64,000 bases of DNA from a bacterium (GTDB lineage Bacteria; UBA8248). This document shows positions 39,965-49,679 of the stretch, piece after piece. The first letter of the stretch is position 1; each line of letters opens with the position of its first letter. The stretch covers positions 352,001-416,000 of the forward strand of contig OZ253442.1 in the NCBI GenBank assembly GCA_965261085.1, in the 5' to 3' direction. The position numbers and the translations under genes were made by a program. Under the pieces are notes generated by a model. That model was given only the letters and a program-made list of their open reading frames with translations. It searched no databases and was not told where the DNA came from.

Positions 39965-40756
39965 CTAGACCATCCAGGCCCCGCCCGCTAGGAGCAGGCC
40001 CTGCCCGGTGACGTTTCGGCTCTCATCGCTCGCGAGATAGACCGCCATGTGGCCCACGTCGTCCGGCGTCTGCTCTCGGCCCAGGGGAACCGCCGCCTCG
40101 ACGAACTCGTCGAACACCCTTCTCGCGGGCCTGTCCGTCTCCGCGCCGATGATGACGCCGTGGCCCTTCTCCCAAAGATTCGTCCACAACATGCCCGGGT
40201 TGATCGCGTTGACGTTCACGCTATAGGGAGCCATCTCCTTGGCGAGGCTCATGGTGAAGTTCATGCACGCCGCCTTGGACGCGCAGTAATGCGGCACGTT
40301 CTCGTTCGCGCGCCTTGCGGCGAGCGAGGCCAGGTTGATGATTTTCCCGTACTTCCGATCCCGCATATGGGCGGCGACCGCCCGGCACATCAAAAACACG
40401 CCCGTCGAATTCACATTAAAAACGGCGTTCCACTCCTCGAGCGTTATGTTGTCGATGGGGTTTCCCATGAGCGCCGACGGCCTTCCGTGGCAATTCACCA
40501 GAATATCGACCTGCCCCATCCGCTCGATAGCCGTCTGTACGACGTTTTCCGCGTCCGTCTCGCTCGTCACGTCCGCCGCCAGGGCGAAATGCGCCCCCTC
40601 GCCGGCGTCACCGAGTCCTTGCTTGGTTACCTCGTCATTGACGTCGACCACGCAAATTTGCGCGCCCTCGCGCGCGAAAGCGCGGATGATGCCTCTGCCG
40701 ATTCCGCCGCCGCCGCCCGTGACAACCGCTTTTTTCCCTTCTAATCGCATTCGCAC
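39965..40756 (-). CDS. SDR oxidoreductase (tandem copy 1)
   Basis: TGGGGGIG, YCASK; near-duplicate of the neighbouring gene. Confidence 0.9.
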   Translation of the reverse strand: MRMRLEGKKAVVTGGGGGIGRGIIRAFAREGAQICVVDVNDEVTKQGLGDAGEGAHFALAADVTSETDAENVVQTAIERMGQVDILVNCHGRPSALMGNPIDNITLEEWNAVFNVNSTGVFLMCRAVAAHMRDRKYGKIINLASLAARRANENVPHYCASKAACMNFTMSLAKEMAPYSVNVNAINPGMLWTNLWEKGHGVIIGAETDRPARRVFDEFVEAAVPLGREQTPDDVGHMAVYLASDESRNVTGQGLLLAGGAWMV

Positions 40757-41029
40757 CCCTCCTGAAAGAAAACTTCATGTATCCATCGGACAAAAAACCG
40801 CTCACGCACATCTCGAGGCGGGACATCGGCCCCCGTTCCTGAAGCGATATTTTTCTCGATTCTAACAAGAATACCGCGGGGTGAATATCTCGAACCCGAA
40901 TCCCTGAAATTCACCCCTCGGGGAGTTTCCCCCGCATGGGGAGAATGGTATTCTCCCCCCGTTCCAAAACCCTTTGCACAACAATCGCGGACGCCGCAAG
41001 GACGTCCCTCAAAACGACAGGAGCATGAA

Positions 41030-41464
41030 ATGTCCCTCATTAAAATGGCGAAAGAATCCATCGACGTCGGCATCGTGGTGAAAGACCTCGACGTCGCCGA
41101 GAAATTCTACGGCGGCGTGCTGGGACTCCCGATCGTGCGCGAAGTCGAGATTACGGCGGATAAGGCCAAACAGGCCGGCTGCGCGTCGGGCAGATTCGAG
41201 TTCAAGGCGTTTCAGGCCGGCGAGGTGCAACTCAAGGTCGTTCAGGCGGATTCTGACCCGCCCTCCGGCGGCGGAATCGTGGATGCATCGACCGGATTCC
41301 GCTACCTGACGTTCACCGTCGAGAGCGTACAGGAAGCCCACGACGCCCTGGCGGCGGCGGGTGCGAAGATAATGGGCGAAATCACAGAAGTCGTGCCGGG
41401 CCGGTTCATCATCTTTTTCCAGGACCCTGACGGAAACATGCTGGAATGCGTCGGCCCCAGATAA
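41030..41464 (+). CDS. VOC/glyoxalase family protein
   Basis: VKDLDVAEKFYGGVLGL..QDPDGNMLE. Confidence 0.88.
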   Translation: MSLIKMAKESIDVGIVVKDLDVAEKFYGGVLGLPIVREVEITADKAKQAGCASGRFEFKAFQAGEVQLKVVQADSDPPSGGGIVDASTGFRYLTFTVESVQEAHDALAAAGAKIMGEITEVVPGRFIIFFQDPDGNMLECVGPR

Positions 41465-41554
41465 GTTTGATGCGAGCGGGCATTCCGCTCACCCTGAAAA
41501 AAGGCGCAGGCGCTTCCCGGAACAAAAGCCCTGCCGTGTAGCGGGAGTATCGAG

Positions 41555-42175
41555 ATGTACGGGTTTCTCCAGGTGTATCTGGTGGAATTCGCCTATGGCG
41601 GGGTATTTCTGATCCTCGTGCTTTGCGGTCTTGGCCTGCCCGTCCCCGAAGACATCCCCATCATCATCTCGGGCTATCTCGTGCATCTGGGCACCATGGA
41701 TTTCTGGCCCGCGCTCACCGTGAATCTGCTGGGCATCATGCTCGGCGACGTGATGATTTACGGCTTCGGCTACTGGATGGGCCCGAAAGCCCTGGAACAT
41801 CGCATCCTTCGCCCCGTCATGACGCCGGACCGGATGGAGAAAGTCCACGACTTGTTCGACCATCACGGCAGGAAGGCCATCTTCTTCGGCCGCTTCGTCG
41901 CGGGTTTGCGCGCGCCGCTGTTTCTCGCGGCGGGAATCACCCGGCTTCCCCTTCGCATATTCTTCGGCATGGACCTGACCGCGGCGCTCCTGAGCGTGCC
42001 GCTGATGCTCGCGGCGGCTTGGTATTTCGGGGATCACATCGACGATTTACGCAGGATGGTGGGAACGGGCAAAGCCATCATCATTCTCGCCCTGGGAGCC
42101 GGAGCCGCCTGGATGACGGCGAAATATCTGTGGCGAAAATGGAGGTCGAAAGACTCCCGGCCCGCCTCATCCTGA
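41555..42175 (+). CDS. DedA family membrane protein
   Basis: GLPVPED, GD..Y..G, FFGRFVAGLR. Confidence 0.9.
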   Translation: MYGFLQVYLVEFAYGGVFLILVLCGLGLPVPEDIPIIISGYLVHLGTMDFWPALTVNLLGIMLGDVMIYGFGYWMGPKALEHRILRPVMTPDRMEKVHDLFDHHGRKAIFFGRFVAGLRAPLFLAAGITRLPLRIFFGMDLTAALLSVPLMLAAAWYFGDHIDDLRRMVGTGKAIIILALGAGAAWMTAKYLWRKWRSKDSRPASS

Positions 42176-43123
42176 GGACCGGGCTACGACCAAGGCCTCC
42201 GGCCCGAAGACGGAGGCCCGGCTGATTTCATGCGCGCCGCGCGGGTCGATTCTGAGCACGTGCATCCGGCACCCGATTCCGTGCGATTGATATACCTCGC
42301 GCATCGCGTTGCCCACCCGGCCGGGGTGGTTCCGGCAAATCGCCAGGATGCAAGGCCCCGCGCCGCTGATGCAAGAACCCAGCGCACCGGCTTCATACGC
42401 CGCCTCGAACACTTCTTCCAGCGGACCCATCAACTCCGCGCGGTAGGGCTGGTGCAGCCTGTCCTGCATGGCGTCTCGGAACAACTCATCACGCCCGGTG
42501 GCGAACGCCGCCATGAGCGCGCCTACTCTTTGGACGTTGAAAATCGCATCGCCCAGAGAAACCTCCCCTGGCAGTTTTTGTCTCGCCGCATGCGTGCTCA
42601 CCTCGAAATCGGGGACGACAATCACCCACCGGTAGTCCTCCACCACGGGCATTCGCGTGTAGATGGTCTTCCCGTCCGTGGTGGTCGCCGAAATACAGAA
42701 ACCCCCGATCAGCGCGGGTACGACGTTATCGGGGTGTCCTTCCATCTCCACGGCGATTTGCACGAGTTCGTCCATGCTCAGCGGGCTGCCGAGCAGGATG
42801 TTCGCCCCCACGATTCCGCCCACGATGGCGGCCGAACTGCTCCCCAACCCCCGCGCCAGAGGTATGTGGTTGCGCTGTTTCATCCATAAGCCGTTGAAAG
42901 GCCGGTTCACGCGGTCGAACACCCGCTTCACCGCCTGCACGCAAACGTTCGATTCATCCTTGGGGATGACGTCGCTGCCCTCTCCTTCGACCTCGAGCGC
43001 AACGCCCCAGGGGAGGCTGTCTAGTTCTATGCGGTTATAAATCCTGAGCGCGACGCCCAGGGCGTCGAACCCCGGACCGAGATTCGTCGTACTCGCCGGA
43101 ACTTGTACGCGCACCAAAGCCAA
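42167..43123 (-). CDS. thrB: Homoserine kinase
   Basis: VPASTTNLGPGFD, IPLARGLGSS, EGHPDN, DRLHQPYR, SGAGP. Confidence 0.95.
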   Translation of the reverse strand: MALVRVQVPASTTNLGPGFDALGVALRIYNRIELDSLPWGVALEVEGEGSDVIPKDESNVCVQAVKRVFDRVNRPFNGLWMKQRNHIPLARGLGSSSAAIVGGIVGANILLGSPLSMDELVQIAVEMEGHPDNVVPALIGGFCISATTTDGKTIYTRMPVVEDYRWVIVVPDFEVSTHAARQKLPGEVSLGDAIFNVQRVGALMAAFATGRDELFRDAMQDRLHQPYRAELMGPLEEVFEAAYEAGALGSCISGAGPCILAICRNHPGRVGNAMREVYQSHGIGCRMHVLRIDPRGAHEISRASVFGPEALVVARSSG

Positions 43124-43143
43124 GACAATCTCCTCGAAACACC

Positions 43144-43725
43144 TTAAGCCGAACGAATATCCGACGAGAGAGCGAAGGAGCAACCCGCCGCCCTCATCTC
43201 CTCGATGGCGTTTTCACCGTCTCGGGGTTCGACGTTCACCGCGCGGATGGCGTCCGCCACCAAGACGACTTCGAACCCCTCGCGCCTGGCGTCGAGCGCC
43301 GTGGCCTTCACGCAATAATCCGTCGCCAGTCCGCAAACGAAAAGACGCCCGATTCCTTTTACTCTCAAATCATCGGCCAACGAGGCGCCGTCAAACCCCG
43401 AATACGCCTCGGCGCCCCGGGTCGTGGCCTTGGATACCACCATCTCCACTTCCCCCGCGTTCATGCGCGAATGAAAAGCGGCGCCCGGCGTATCGGCCAC
43501 GCAGTGAACGGGCCAGATTCCGCCCTGCGCCTGAAACGACATATGGTCGGCGGGGTGCCAGTCGCGCGTCGCCACCTTCATCCAGCGCGGGATACCCAGA
43601 AGCCCGTTCACCGGCGAGACGATCTCGTCCCCCTCGGCGACGGCGAGCGCGCCGCCCGGACAAAAATCCACTTGCAGATCGACGACGACGAGGCCGTCTT
43701 CCGCACCCGGTGAGTATACAGCCAT
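43144..43725 (-). CDS. pncA: Nicotinamidase/pyrazinamidase
   Basis: VDLQVDFCPGGAL, DWHP..H, WPVHC, GLATDYCV. Confidence 0.92.
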   Translation of the reverse strand: MAVYSPGAEDGLVVVDLQVDFCPGGALAVAEGDEIVSPVNGLLGIPRWMKVATRDWHPADHMSFQAQGGIWPVHCVADTPGAAFHSRMNAGEVEMVVSKATTRGAEAYSGFDGASLADDLRVKGIGRLFVCGLATDYCVKATALDARREGFEVVLVADAIRAVNVEPRDGENAIEEMRAAGCSFALSSDIRSA

Positions 43726-43729
43726 CGTC

Positions 43730-44533
43730 CTATTTCTCCTCTCTCAGCCTCAGGCGCCACAATTTTCCGTCCGCCCGGCGTATGGAAACACTCATACCCT
43801 GCGGATGCGCCAGAAAAATATTTTCGAAAAAATCCACCGTCTGAATCTCTTTTCCCTCCACCTCGAATATGACGTCACCCCGACGAAGACCCGCGCGCGC
43901 CGCCGGAGCACCTCCCCGCACCTGAGACACCAACAGACCGATCGTCCCGCCATCCCCGAAAAAGCGCGCCAACGCCGGCGTGAGCTTCTGGAGAACGAGA
44001 CCCAGCTTTTCGGGGTGCGTGTGCTCGCGCTTCATCCGGAAACCGTGTTCCATAATGACGTGCTTCACGTATATCGGCGATTTCATCCGCAAGGCCAGCG
44101 CGATGGCGTCCGAGGGGCGGCTGTCGATGGAAAAACGCCGGCTTCCCGCTTTCATATCGATAAAGGCGAAATACGTGCCTCCCTTGACCTCCGTGATGAC
44201 CACCCGGAGAACTTCCGCCTTGAGGGTTTTCAGAATGTTGCGCATCAAGTCGTGCGTCATCGGCCGGTGCGGCACGGCCTTCTCGAGTTCCATGTGAATC
44301 GCCCGCGCCTCCGCCGGGCCAATCCAGATGGGCAACAACTTACCTTCCCTTTTCTCTTCTAAGAGTACGACGGTCTCGTCACTTCTCCGATCGACCAGAA
44401 TATCCTTCACCTGAACCCGGCGAAGCCCGGAGAGCGCCGCATGCGCGTTCACCAAATGCGCATGCGCGCCGAAAACGACGGCGACGAGAAGAAGAAGACA
44501 GAAAGATGATTTTTCAAGCCGCTTAAGCTGCAT
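43730..44533 (-). CDS. Bifunctional nuclease (DUF151) with signal peptide and C-terminal PDZ domain
   Basis: LPIWIG..EA, RPMTHDL, DSRPSDAIALA; PAARAGLRRGDVI. Confidence 0.8.
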   Translation of the reverse strand: MQLKRLEKSSFCLLLLVAVVFGAHAHLVNAHAALSGLRRVQVKDILVDRRSDETVVLLEEKREGKLLPIWIGPAEARAIHMELEKAVPHRPMTHDLMRNILKTLKAEVLRVVITEVKGGTYFAFIDMKAGSRRFSIDSRPSDAIALALRMKSPIYVKHVIMEHGFRMKREHTHPEKLGLVLQKLTPALARFFGDGGTIGLLVSQVRGGAPAARAGLRRGDVIFEVEGKEIQTVDFFENIFLAHPQGMSVSIRRADGKLWRLRLREEK

Positions 44534-44584
44534 GGCCTCGATTCCTGATCATTTCGCCCGCGTTCGAGAAGCCGATGGAGCACC

Positions 44585-45025
44585 TCAGCGCGCAGGCTCC
44601 GACGAGACCCGGAAGACGCATTCGGGAATCGGCATGTCCACCCGCTGCTGACCCGGTTTTTCCTCCACCTTGGTCTCGTAGATTCCGTCGCAATCGACGT
44701 CGAGAAGCGTGATGTCGTATGGATACTTGTTGTCCACGTCGATGTTGATCGCGAAAATACGTTTGTTGATGGTGAGCGTTTCGAACTGGAATTCCCACTC
44801 ATCGAGATACTGCTTGATCAGGGTCTCCTCTCCGGGAATGCGTCTACTGAGATCGCGCCGGATCCATCCGAGAAAACGAGAGCGGCTGAGTTCGGGCGTA
44901 TCGAAACCCTCCGGCCTTTTCTCGACGGGGCTATCCCCCGGATTCGCCGGCGCCGCGAATACGCTTCCGGATCCCAGAAGCGTCATCACCAAGAATACAA
45001 GAACACAGATTCGCCCGAAACGCAT
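44585..45025 (-). CDS. Hypothetical exported protein
   Basis: Signal-peptide-like N-terminus; in the same operon-like run as the DUF151 gene. Confidence 0.55.
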   Translation of the reverse strand: MRFGRICVLVFLVMTLLGSGSVFAAPANPGDSPVEKRPEGFDTPELSRSRFLGWIRRDLSRRIPGEETLIKQYLDEWEFQFETLTINKRIFAINIDVDNKYPYDITLLDVDCDGIYETKVEEKPGQQRVDMPIPECVFRVSSEPAR

Positions 45026-45302
45026 ATTCACTGACATCACCCCCGGCATCGACGTGAAACCCGGCGGATCGTCGGGTTCGCAACACTTCCACTCCATGAA
45101 GATTAGCATTCGCCGCGCACCGCCTCAAGAGAAGCACCTCCGCCCCAAAAGCGCAAAAAACACGATTCGCCCGATGCGCTTTGACATTTTCGGGAAGCGG
45201 ATTATTCTTCGCATATCGGCGAATTCTCATCCCGGCTTAAGGGGCGCATGAAGCGCGCGCGCCGAAAACGACCATCACGGAAACTCCCGAGGAGAAGCTC
45301 AC

Positions 45303-45656
45303 ATGACGACGAGAGAAAGAAAAGCCCGGCTCATCCGGCCCGAAGATCGTGAATCCGAAGGCATGGCGGGCGGCGCGAGCCACAAGTCCATCGTATCGAA
45401 AGGGGGCGACGGAACGGACCTCACCGTCTACTACTCGCTGATTCAGCCGGGACAAACGCACGACTGGCATCACCACGAGGAGGATGAGGTCATATTCTGC
45501 GTGAGCGGGACGGGGAGATACGACCTCGATGACGGCGAGATCAACTACGGCCCCGGGCAATTCATCTTCATGCCCAAGGGCACGCGCCACTGCAACAACT
45601 GCGTGAGCGAGGAAGACGTGAGGCTGGTGGCCATCTTCCAGCCGGGCCGCGAATAA
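45303..45656 (+). CDS. Cupin domain protein
   Basis: HHHEEDE..G.G..PKGTRH. Confidence 0.85.
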   Translation: MTTRERKARLIRPEDRESEGMAGGASHKSIVSKGGDGTDLTVYYSLIQPGQTHDWHHHEEDEVIFCVSGTGRYDLDDGEINYGPGQFIFMPKGTRHCNNCVSEEDVRLVAIFQPGRE

Positions 45657-45707
45657 AGGCGCGCCCGCGCACGGACCGGGAAAACAAAGAGGAGCCTGGA
45701 GACGCAG

Positions 45708-47105
45708 ATGGACCCCATGCAGAGAATCATCGCGCATTACGCGAATCTTGAGTTCGAGGATCTGCCCGCAGAGGCCGTCCACGCCACCAGAAACCTCATC
45801 GTCGATTCCCTCGCCTGCGCCATGGCCGGCTCGGCCGCGCCCTTAAACCCCGAGATCATCGAGCGCCACATCCGCTGGGGCGGCGCGCCCGAGGCCACGG
45901 TACTGGTCTTCGGGCGCCGGCTGCCTGCGCCGACGGCGGCCTGGCTGAACGCCGCCATGATTCACTCGAACGATTTCGACGACACCGAAGACACCACCCA
46001 GAACCATATCTTCGTCACGATTCTTCCCGCCCTTCTCGCCGCGGGCGAGAGTTGCGAACGGGCGATGCCGGGCCGGGAAGTCATCGCGGCACTGGCGGGC
46101 GCAGCGGACGTGACTTTACGGCTGAACGCCGTCGTGCACCAAAGCATTCATCCGGGCTGGCTGCCCACCACGGTGTTCGGCGCCGTCTCGGCCTCGATGG
46201 CCGCCGCCCGGGTTCTGGGACTGGGTGAAGACGGCATCGCCAATGCGGCGGGCTTCGGCTATGCGCAATCACACGGGAACCGGCAGGCGCTGCTCGACGG
46301 TTCCGTCGCCAAACGCTTACAACCCGCCTTCAGCGCGCGCGCAGGCGTGCATTCAGCCGTTTTGGCGCAAACCGGCGCCACCGGCCCCAGGCGCATCGTC
46401 GAGGGGGCGGACGGCGTCATCGAACTTTTCGGCGGCGGCCAGGGCGACCCGGGCGCGCTCACCGAAAAGCTGGGTGAGAAATTCCACGTCACCCGTATCG
46501 GCATGAAGCCCTACCCGAGTTGCCGGGTTTCCCATCCCCACATCAGCGCCGCCCTGGAGGCGCGTGAGCGGCTCGGCCATTTTGAGGCAAGCGACGTAGA
46601 AAGCGTCGAGGTATGGGCCACGCCGATCGGCCACTCGATGATAGGACAACCCTTTCAAATAAGAGAAAACCCCCAGGTGGATGCGCAATTCAGCGCGCAG
46701 TGGACGACGGCTTTTTCTCTGCTCAAAGGCGTTCCGCGAATCGCGCACTTCGATCCGGACGCCATCGTCTCGGGAGCGGAGGTAATCGAACTCGCGCAGA
46801 AAACCAGGGTCCGCATCTGGGAGGAGGAGAGCCTGCTGCTCGTGCCCGTGCGCATCCGCGTCAAGCTGAAAGACGGGAGAAAGGCCGACGTCACGCACGA
46901 TAAAATCAAGGGTTCTCCCGAATGGGCCATGAGCGAAAAAGAGAGAAAGGAGAAATTCTTCTCCTGCGCCGAGGCCGCAGCAAGGAGGCTCGAGCCCGAA
47001 CTCCTGGAGCGCGCCTTCGAGGAACTCTCGGCCCTCGAGGATTGCGCTGATATCCGGCCGATTCTCGCCGGACTCACCCCTGCGAAAAACCCGGCCCTCG
47101 CATAG
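45708..47105 (+). CDS. MmgE/PrpD family protein
   Basis: HSNDFDDT, KPYPSC..SH, AQFS. Confidence 0.9.
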   Translation: MDPMQRIIAHYANLEFEDLPAEAVHATRNLIVDSLACAMAGSAAPLNPEIIERHIRWGGAPEATVLVFGRRLPAPTAAWLNAAMIHSNDFDDTEDTTQNHIFVTILPALLAAGESCERAMPGREVIAALAGAADVTLRLNAVVHQSIHPGWLPTTVFGAVSASMAAARVLGLGEDGIANAAGFGYAQSHGNRQALLDGSVAKRLQPAFSARAGVHSAVLAQTGATGPRRIVEGADGVIELFGGGQGDPGALTEKLGEKFHVTRIGMKPYPSCRVSHPHISAALEARERLGHFEASDVESVEVWATPIGHSMIGQPFQIRENPQVDAQFSAQWTTAFSLLKGVPRIAHFDPDAIVSGAEVIELAQKTRVRIWEEESLLLVPVRIRVKLKDGRKADVTHDKIKGSPEWAMSEKERKEKFFSCAEAAARRLEPELLERAFEELSALEDCADIRPILAGLTPAKNPALA

Positions 47106-47140
47106 AATTTCGCCGCAGACGCCTCTATAATTCCCTACCC

Positions 47141-48724
47141 ATGAGCCGAGAGAACGAGCAAGCCATACATCCGGGCGCCAACATCGCCTGGGCGAGGAGG
47201 AGATACGGTCCGCGCGAGGCGGTGGTGGACGGCGGGCGCCGCTTAAGTTTCTCGGACGTGTATGACCGCAGCAAGCGAGCGGTGAATGCGCTCATCGCGA
47301 ACGGCCTCGAACCCGGCGATCGCGTCGCCAAGCTCATGCGAAACCGCGCCGAGATCATCGAGATCAATTTCGGCGTCGCGATGGCGGGCGGCGCCTCCTT
47401 GAACCTGCACGGAAGAAACGTTCTCAAAGAACACGTCCACATGCTGAACGATTCGGAATCCACGTTCCTTCTCCTGGATGAACATCACAAGGAATACGCC
47501 GAAGGCATCAGGAACGAATGCCCGCATCTGCGCCGCATCATCGCCGTGGGGTGGGAGGGCGCGGGCGTGATCGCGTATGAGGACTGGCTACAGAAAAGCT
47601 CCTCAGCGGAGCCCGGTGTCGTTCTCGGGCCGGATTCCCTCTTTCACCTTCATTACACCTCGGGCACGACCGGAGTGCCCAAGGCGGTCGTCAATACGCA
47701 CCGGACGCACGTCGCGTGGCTGGCGAAGTTTTTCAGAAACCTCGACTACCGGATGGGCGCGCGCGACTCCATGCTCCACGCGGGTCCCATGACGCACGCG
47801 TCGTTCAACTTCATCGAGACCACGTTCCTCCGCGGGGCGCGAAACATCATCATGCCCGCGTTCGAGCCGGAACTGTTCCTCGAGATGACGCAAAAAGAGG
47901 GGGCCACGACCACCTACCTCGTCTCCACGATGGTGCAGCGGCTCATCGAATGCGGAAAACTCGAAAGTGCTAACCTCTCGAGCCTGCACACGATCACCTA
48001 CGGGGCCGCACCCATCTCGGAGGAAAACCTGAAACACGCCATCGAACAGGTCGGCCCCATCTTCCGGCAAACCTACGGGCTGACCGAAGCGCGCCAGCCA
48101 ATCGCGATCTTGGACCCGTGGGATCACGTGGTGGACGGAACACCCGGGGAGCGTGCGCGCCTCGCCTCGTGCGGAAGGGTGGCGGCAGGGGTCGAACTCG
48201 AACTCTTAGGCGATGACGATCTGCCCGTCGCCACCGGCGAGATGGGAGAAATCTGCGTCCGGGGGGACTACGCCATGGCGCGCTACTGGAAAAACCCCGA
48301 AGCGACGGCGGAGACCATGCGAAACGGCTGGGTGCACACAGGAGACCTGGCCGTCTCGGATGAGGAGGGATATCTCTACATCGTCGACCGCAAGAAGGAG
48401 ATGATCATCACGGGCGGGTTCAACGTCTATCCCTCGGAAGTGGAGCGCGCCCTGTGCCGCCACCCCGCCGTCCTGGAAGCGCTGGTGATAGGCGTGCCCG
48501 ACGAGAGGTGGGGCGAGGCCGTCAAGGCCATGGTCGTGCTGCGTCCCGGGGAATCGCCTGCGCCCGCAGACCTCATCGAATTCACACAAGGAGAGGTCGC
48601 CGGCTTCAAGAAACCCAGGCACATCGAGTTTTTGAGCGAAATTCCAAAAAACGCGCAGGGAAAAGTCTTACGACGCGAAATTCGGGAAAAACACTGGGCC
48701 GGGAGAGCGCGAAGGGTGAACTGA
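47141..48724 (+). CDS. Acyl-CoA synthetase / AMP-binding enzyme
   Basis: YTSGTTGVPK, YGLTE, HTGD, GKVLRR. Confidence 0.92.
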   Translation: MSRENEQAIHPGANIAWARRRYGPREAVVDGGRRLSFSDVYDRSKRAVNALIANGLEPGDRVAKLMRNRAEIIEINFGVAMAGGASLNLHGRNVLKEHVHMLNDSESTFLLLDEHHKEYAEGIRNECPHLRRIIAVGWEGAGVIAYEDWLQKSSSAEPGVVLGPDSLFHLHYTSGTTGVPKAVVNTHRTHVAWLAKFFRNLDYRMGARDSMLHAGPMTHASFNFIETTFLRGARNIIMPAFEPELFLEMTQKEGATTTYLVSTMVQRLIECGKLESANLSSLHTITYGAAPISEENLKHAIEQVGPIFRQTYGLTEARQPIAILDPWDHVVDGTPGERARLASCGRVAAGVELELLGDDDLPVATGEMGEICVRGDYAMARYWKNPEATAETMRNGWVHTGDLAVSDEEGYLYIVDRKKEMIITGGFNVYPSEVERALCRHPAVLEALVIGVPDERWGEAVKAMVVLRPGESPAPADLIEFTQGEVAGFKKPRHIEFLSEIPKNAQGKVLRREIREKHWAGRARRVN

Positions 48725-48786
48725 GAAACCCCCGCTTTCATCGTCGATTCATCACAACGAGCATTTTTTCAACAGGAGAGACGCCA

Positions 48787-49569
48787 ATGGACCTGACGCA
48801 AGAGTTCGGACTTAAAACCGTGAAATACCGCAAGGAAAACCGCATCGCCTACGTCACCCTGAACCGCCCCGACAAACTCAATCCCCTGAGCTTCGCCACG
48901 GTGATGGAGCTTCTCCGGTGCTGGGAGGACGTGAACGACGACAAGGAGGTGTGGGTGGCGATACTTGCGGGCGAGGGGAAGTCCTTTTGCTCGGGGTGGG
49001 ATCAGAACCTGGAAGAAGATGAACTCAAGATAGGCGCCGTCCGCCCCAAGGGGATCCTCTACTGCGACCTGGACTGGGTGAAGAAACCCATCATCTGCGC
49101 GGCTCAGGGCTACGCCATCGGCGGCGGCATGAGCCTGCTCCTCGGCGCGGACATTCGCGTGGTCTCCGAAGACGCCAAGATCGGCTATTCCCAGCCCAAG
49201 ATCGGCATCATCAGCATCGGCGGAGCCATGCGCCTTCCCGAGGCGATTCCCGGCCTCGCCAGATGGTACATGTTCTCGGGCGAACTCATCGACGCGCAGG
49301 AGGCGTACCGCCTGGGCCTCGTGGTGAAGATCGCCAAAAACGGGGAACTCTTAGACACCGCGACCGCCATGGCGAACCAGATCATCGAGTGCTCACCCAT
49401 GTCGGTGCAATACACCAAGGAAGAGATCGCCGTGGCCGCCAACGTGTCGATGTACGAGGGCTATCGCCTGTGCCGGCCCATCATGAACCGCTTCTACCAG
49501 ACCGAAGACTACCGCGAGGGCAAGAACGCGTTCCTGGGAAAACGAAAGCCCGAGTGGAAGAACTGCTGA
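48787..49569 (+). CDS. Enoyl-CoA hydratase/isomerase
   Basis: TLNRPDKLN, FCSGWD, GYAIGGG, EDYREG; AGGAG RBS. Confidence 0.9.
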   Translation: MDLTQEFGLKTVKYRKENRIAYVTLNRPDKLNPLSFATVMELLRCWEDVNDDKEVWVAILAGEGKSFCSGWDQNLEEDELKIGAVRPKGILYCDLDWVKKPIICAAQGYAIGGGMSLLLGADIRVVSEDAKIGYSQPKIGIISIGGAMRLPEAIPGLARWYMFSGELIDAQEAYRLGLVVKIAKNGELLDTATAMANQIIECSPMSVQYTKEEIAVAANVSMYEGYRLCRPIMNRFYQTEDYREGKNAFLGKRKPEWKNC

Positions 49570-49679
49570 GCCGATAGCAAAGATAAACGGGAGAAGGCGG
49601 GCGTTTGCCTCCCGGGGTTGCGGGACGGCCCGGTATGAAGGATAAGCCTTAATCGGCCATCCCGATCCCAGGAGCGCGC

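Noticed and set aside
48454-48786. N-terminal extension of the enoyl-CoA hydratase ORF
   Set aside because: Overlaps the acyl-CoA synthetase; the RBS supports ATG 48787
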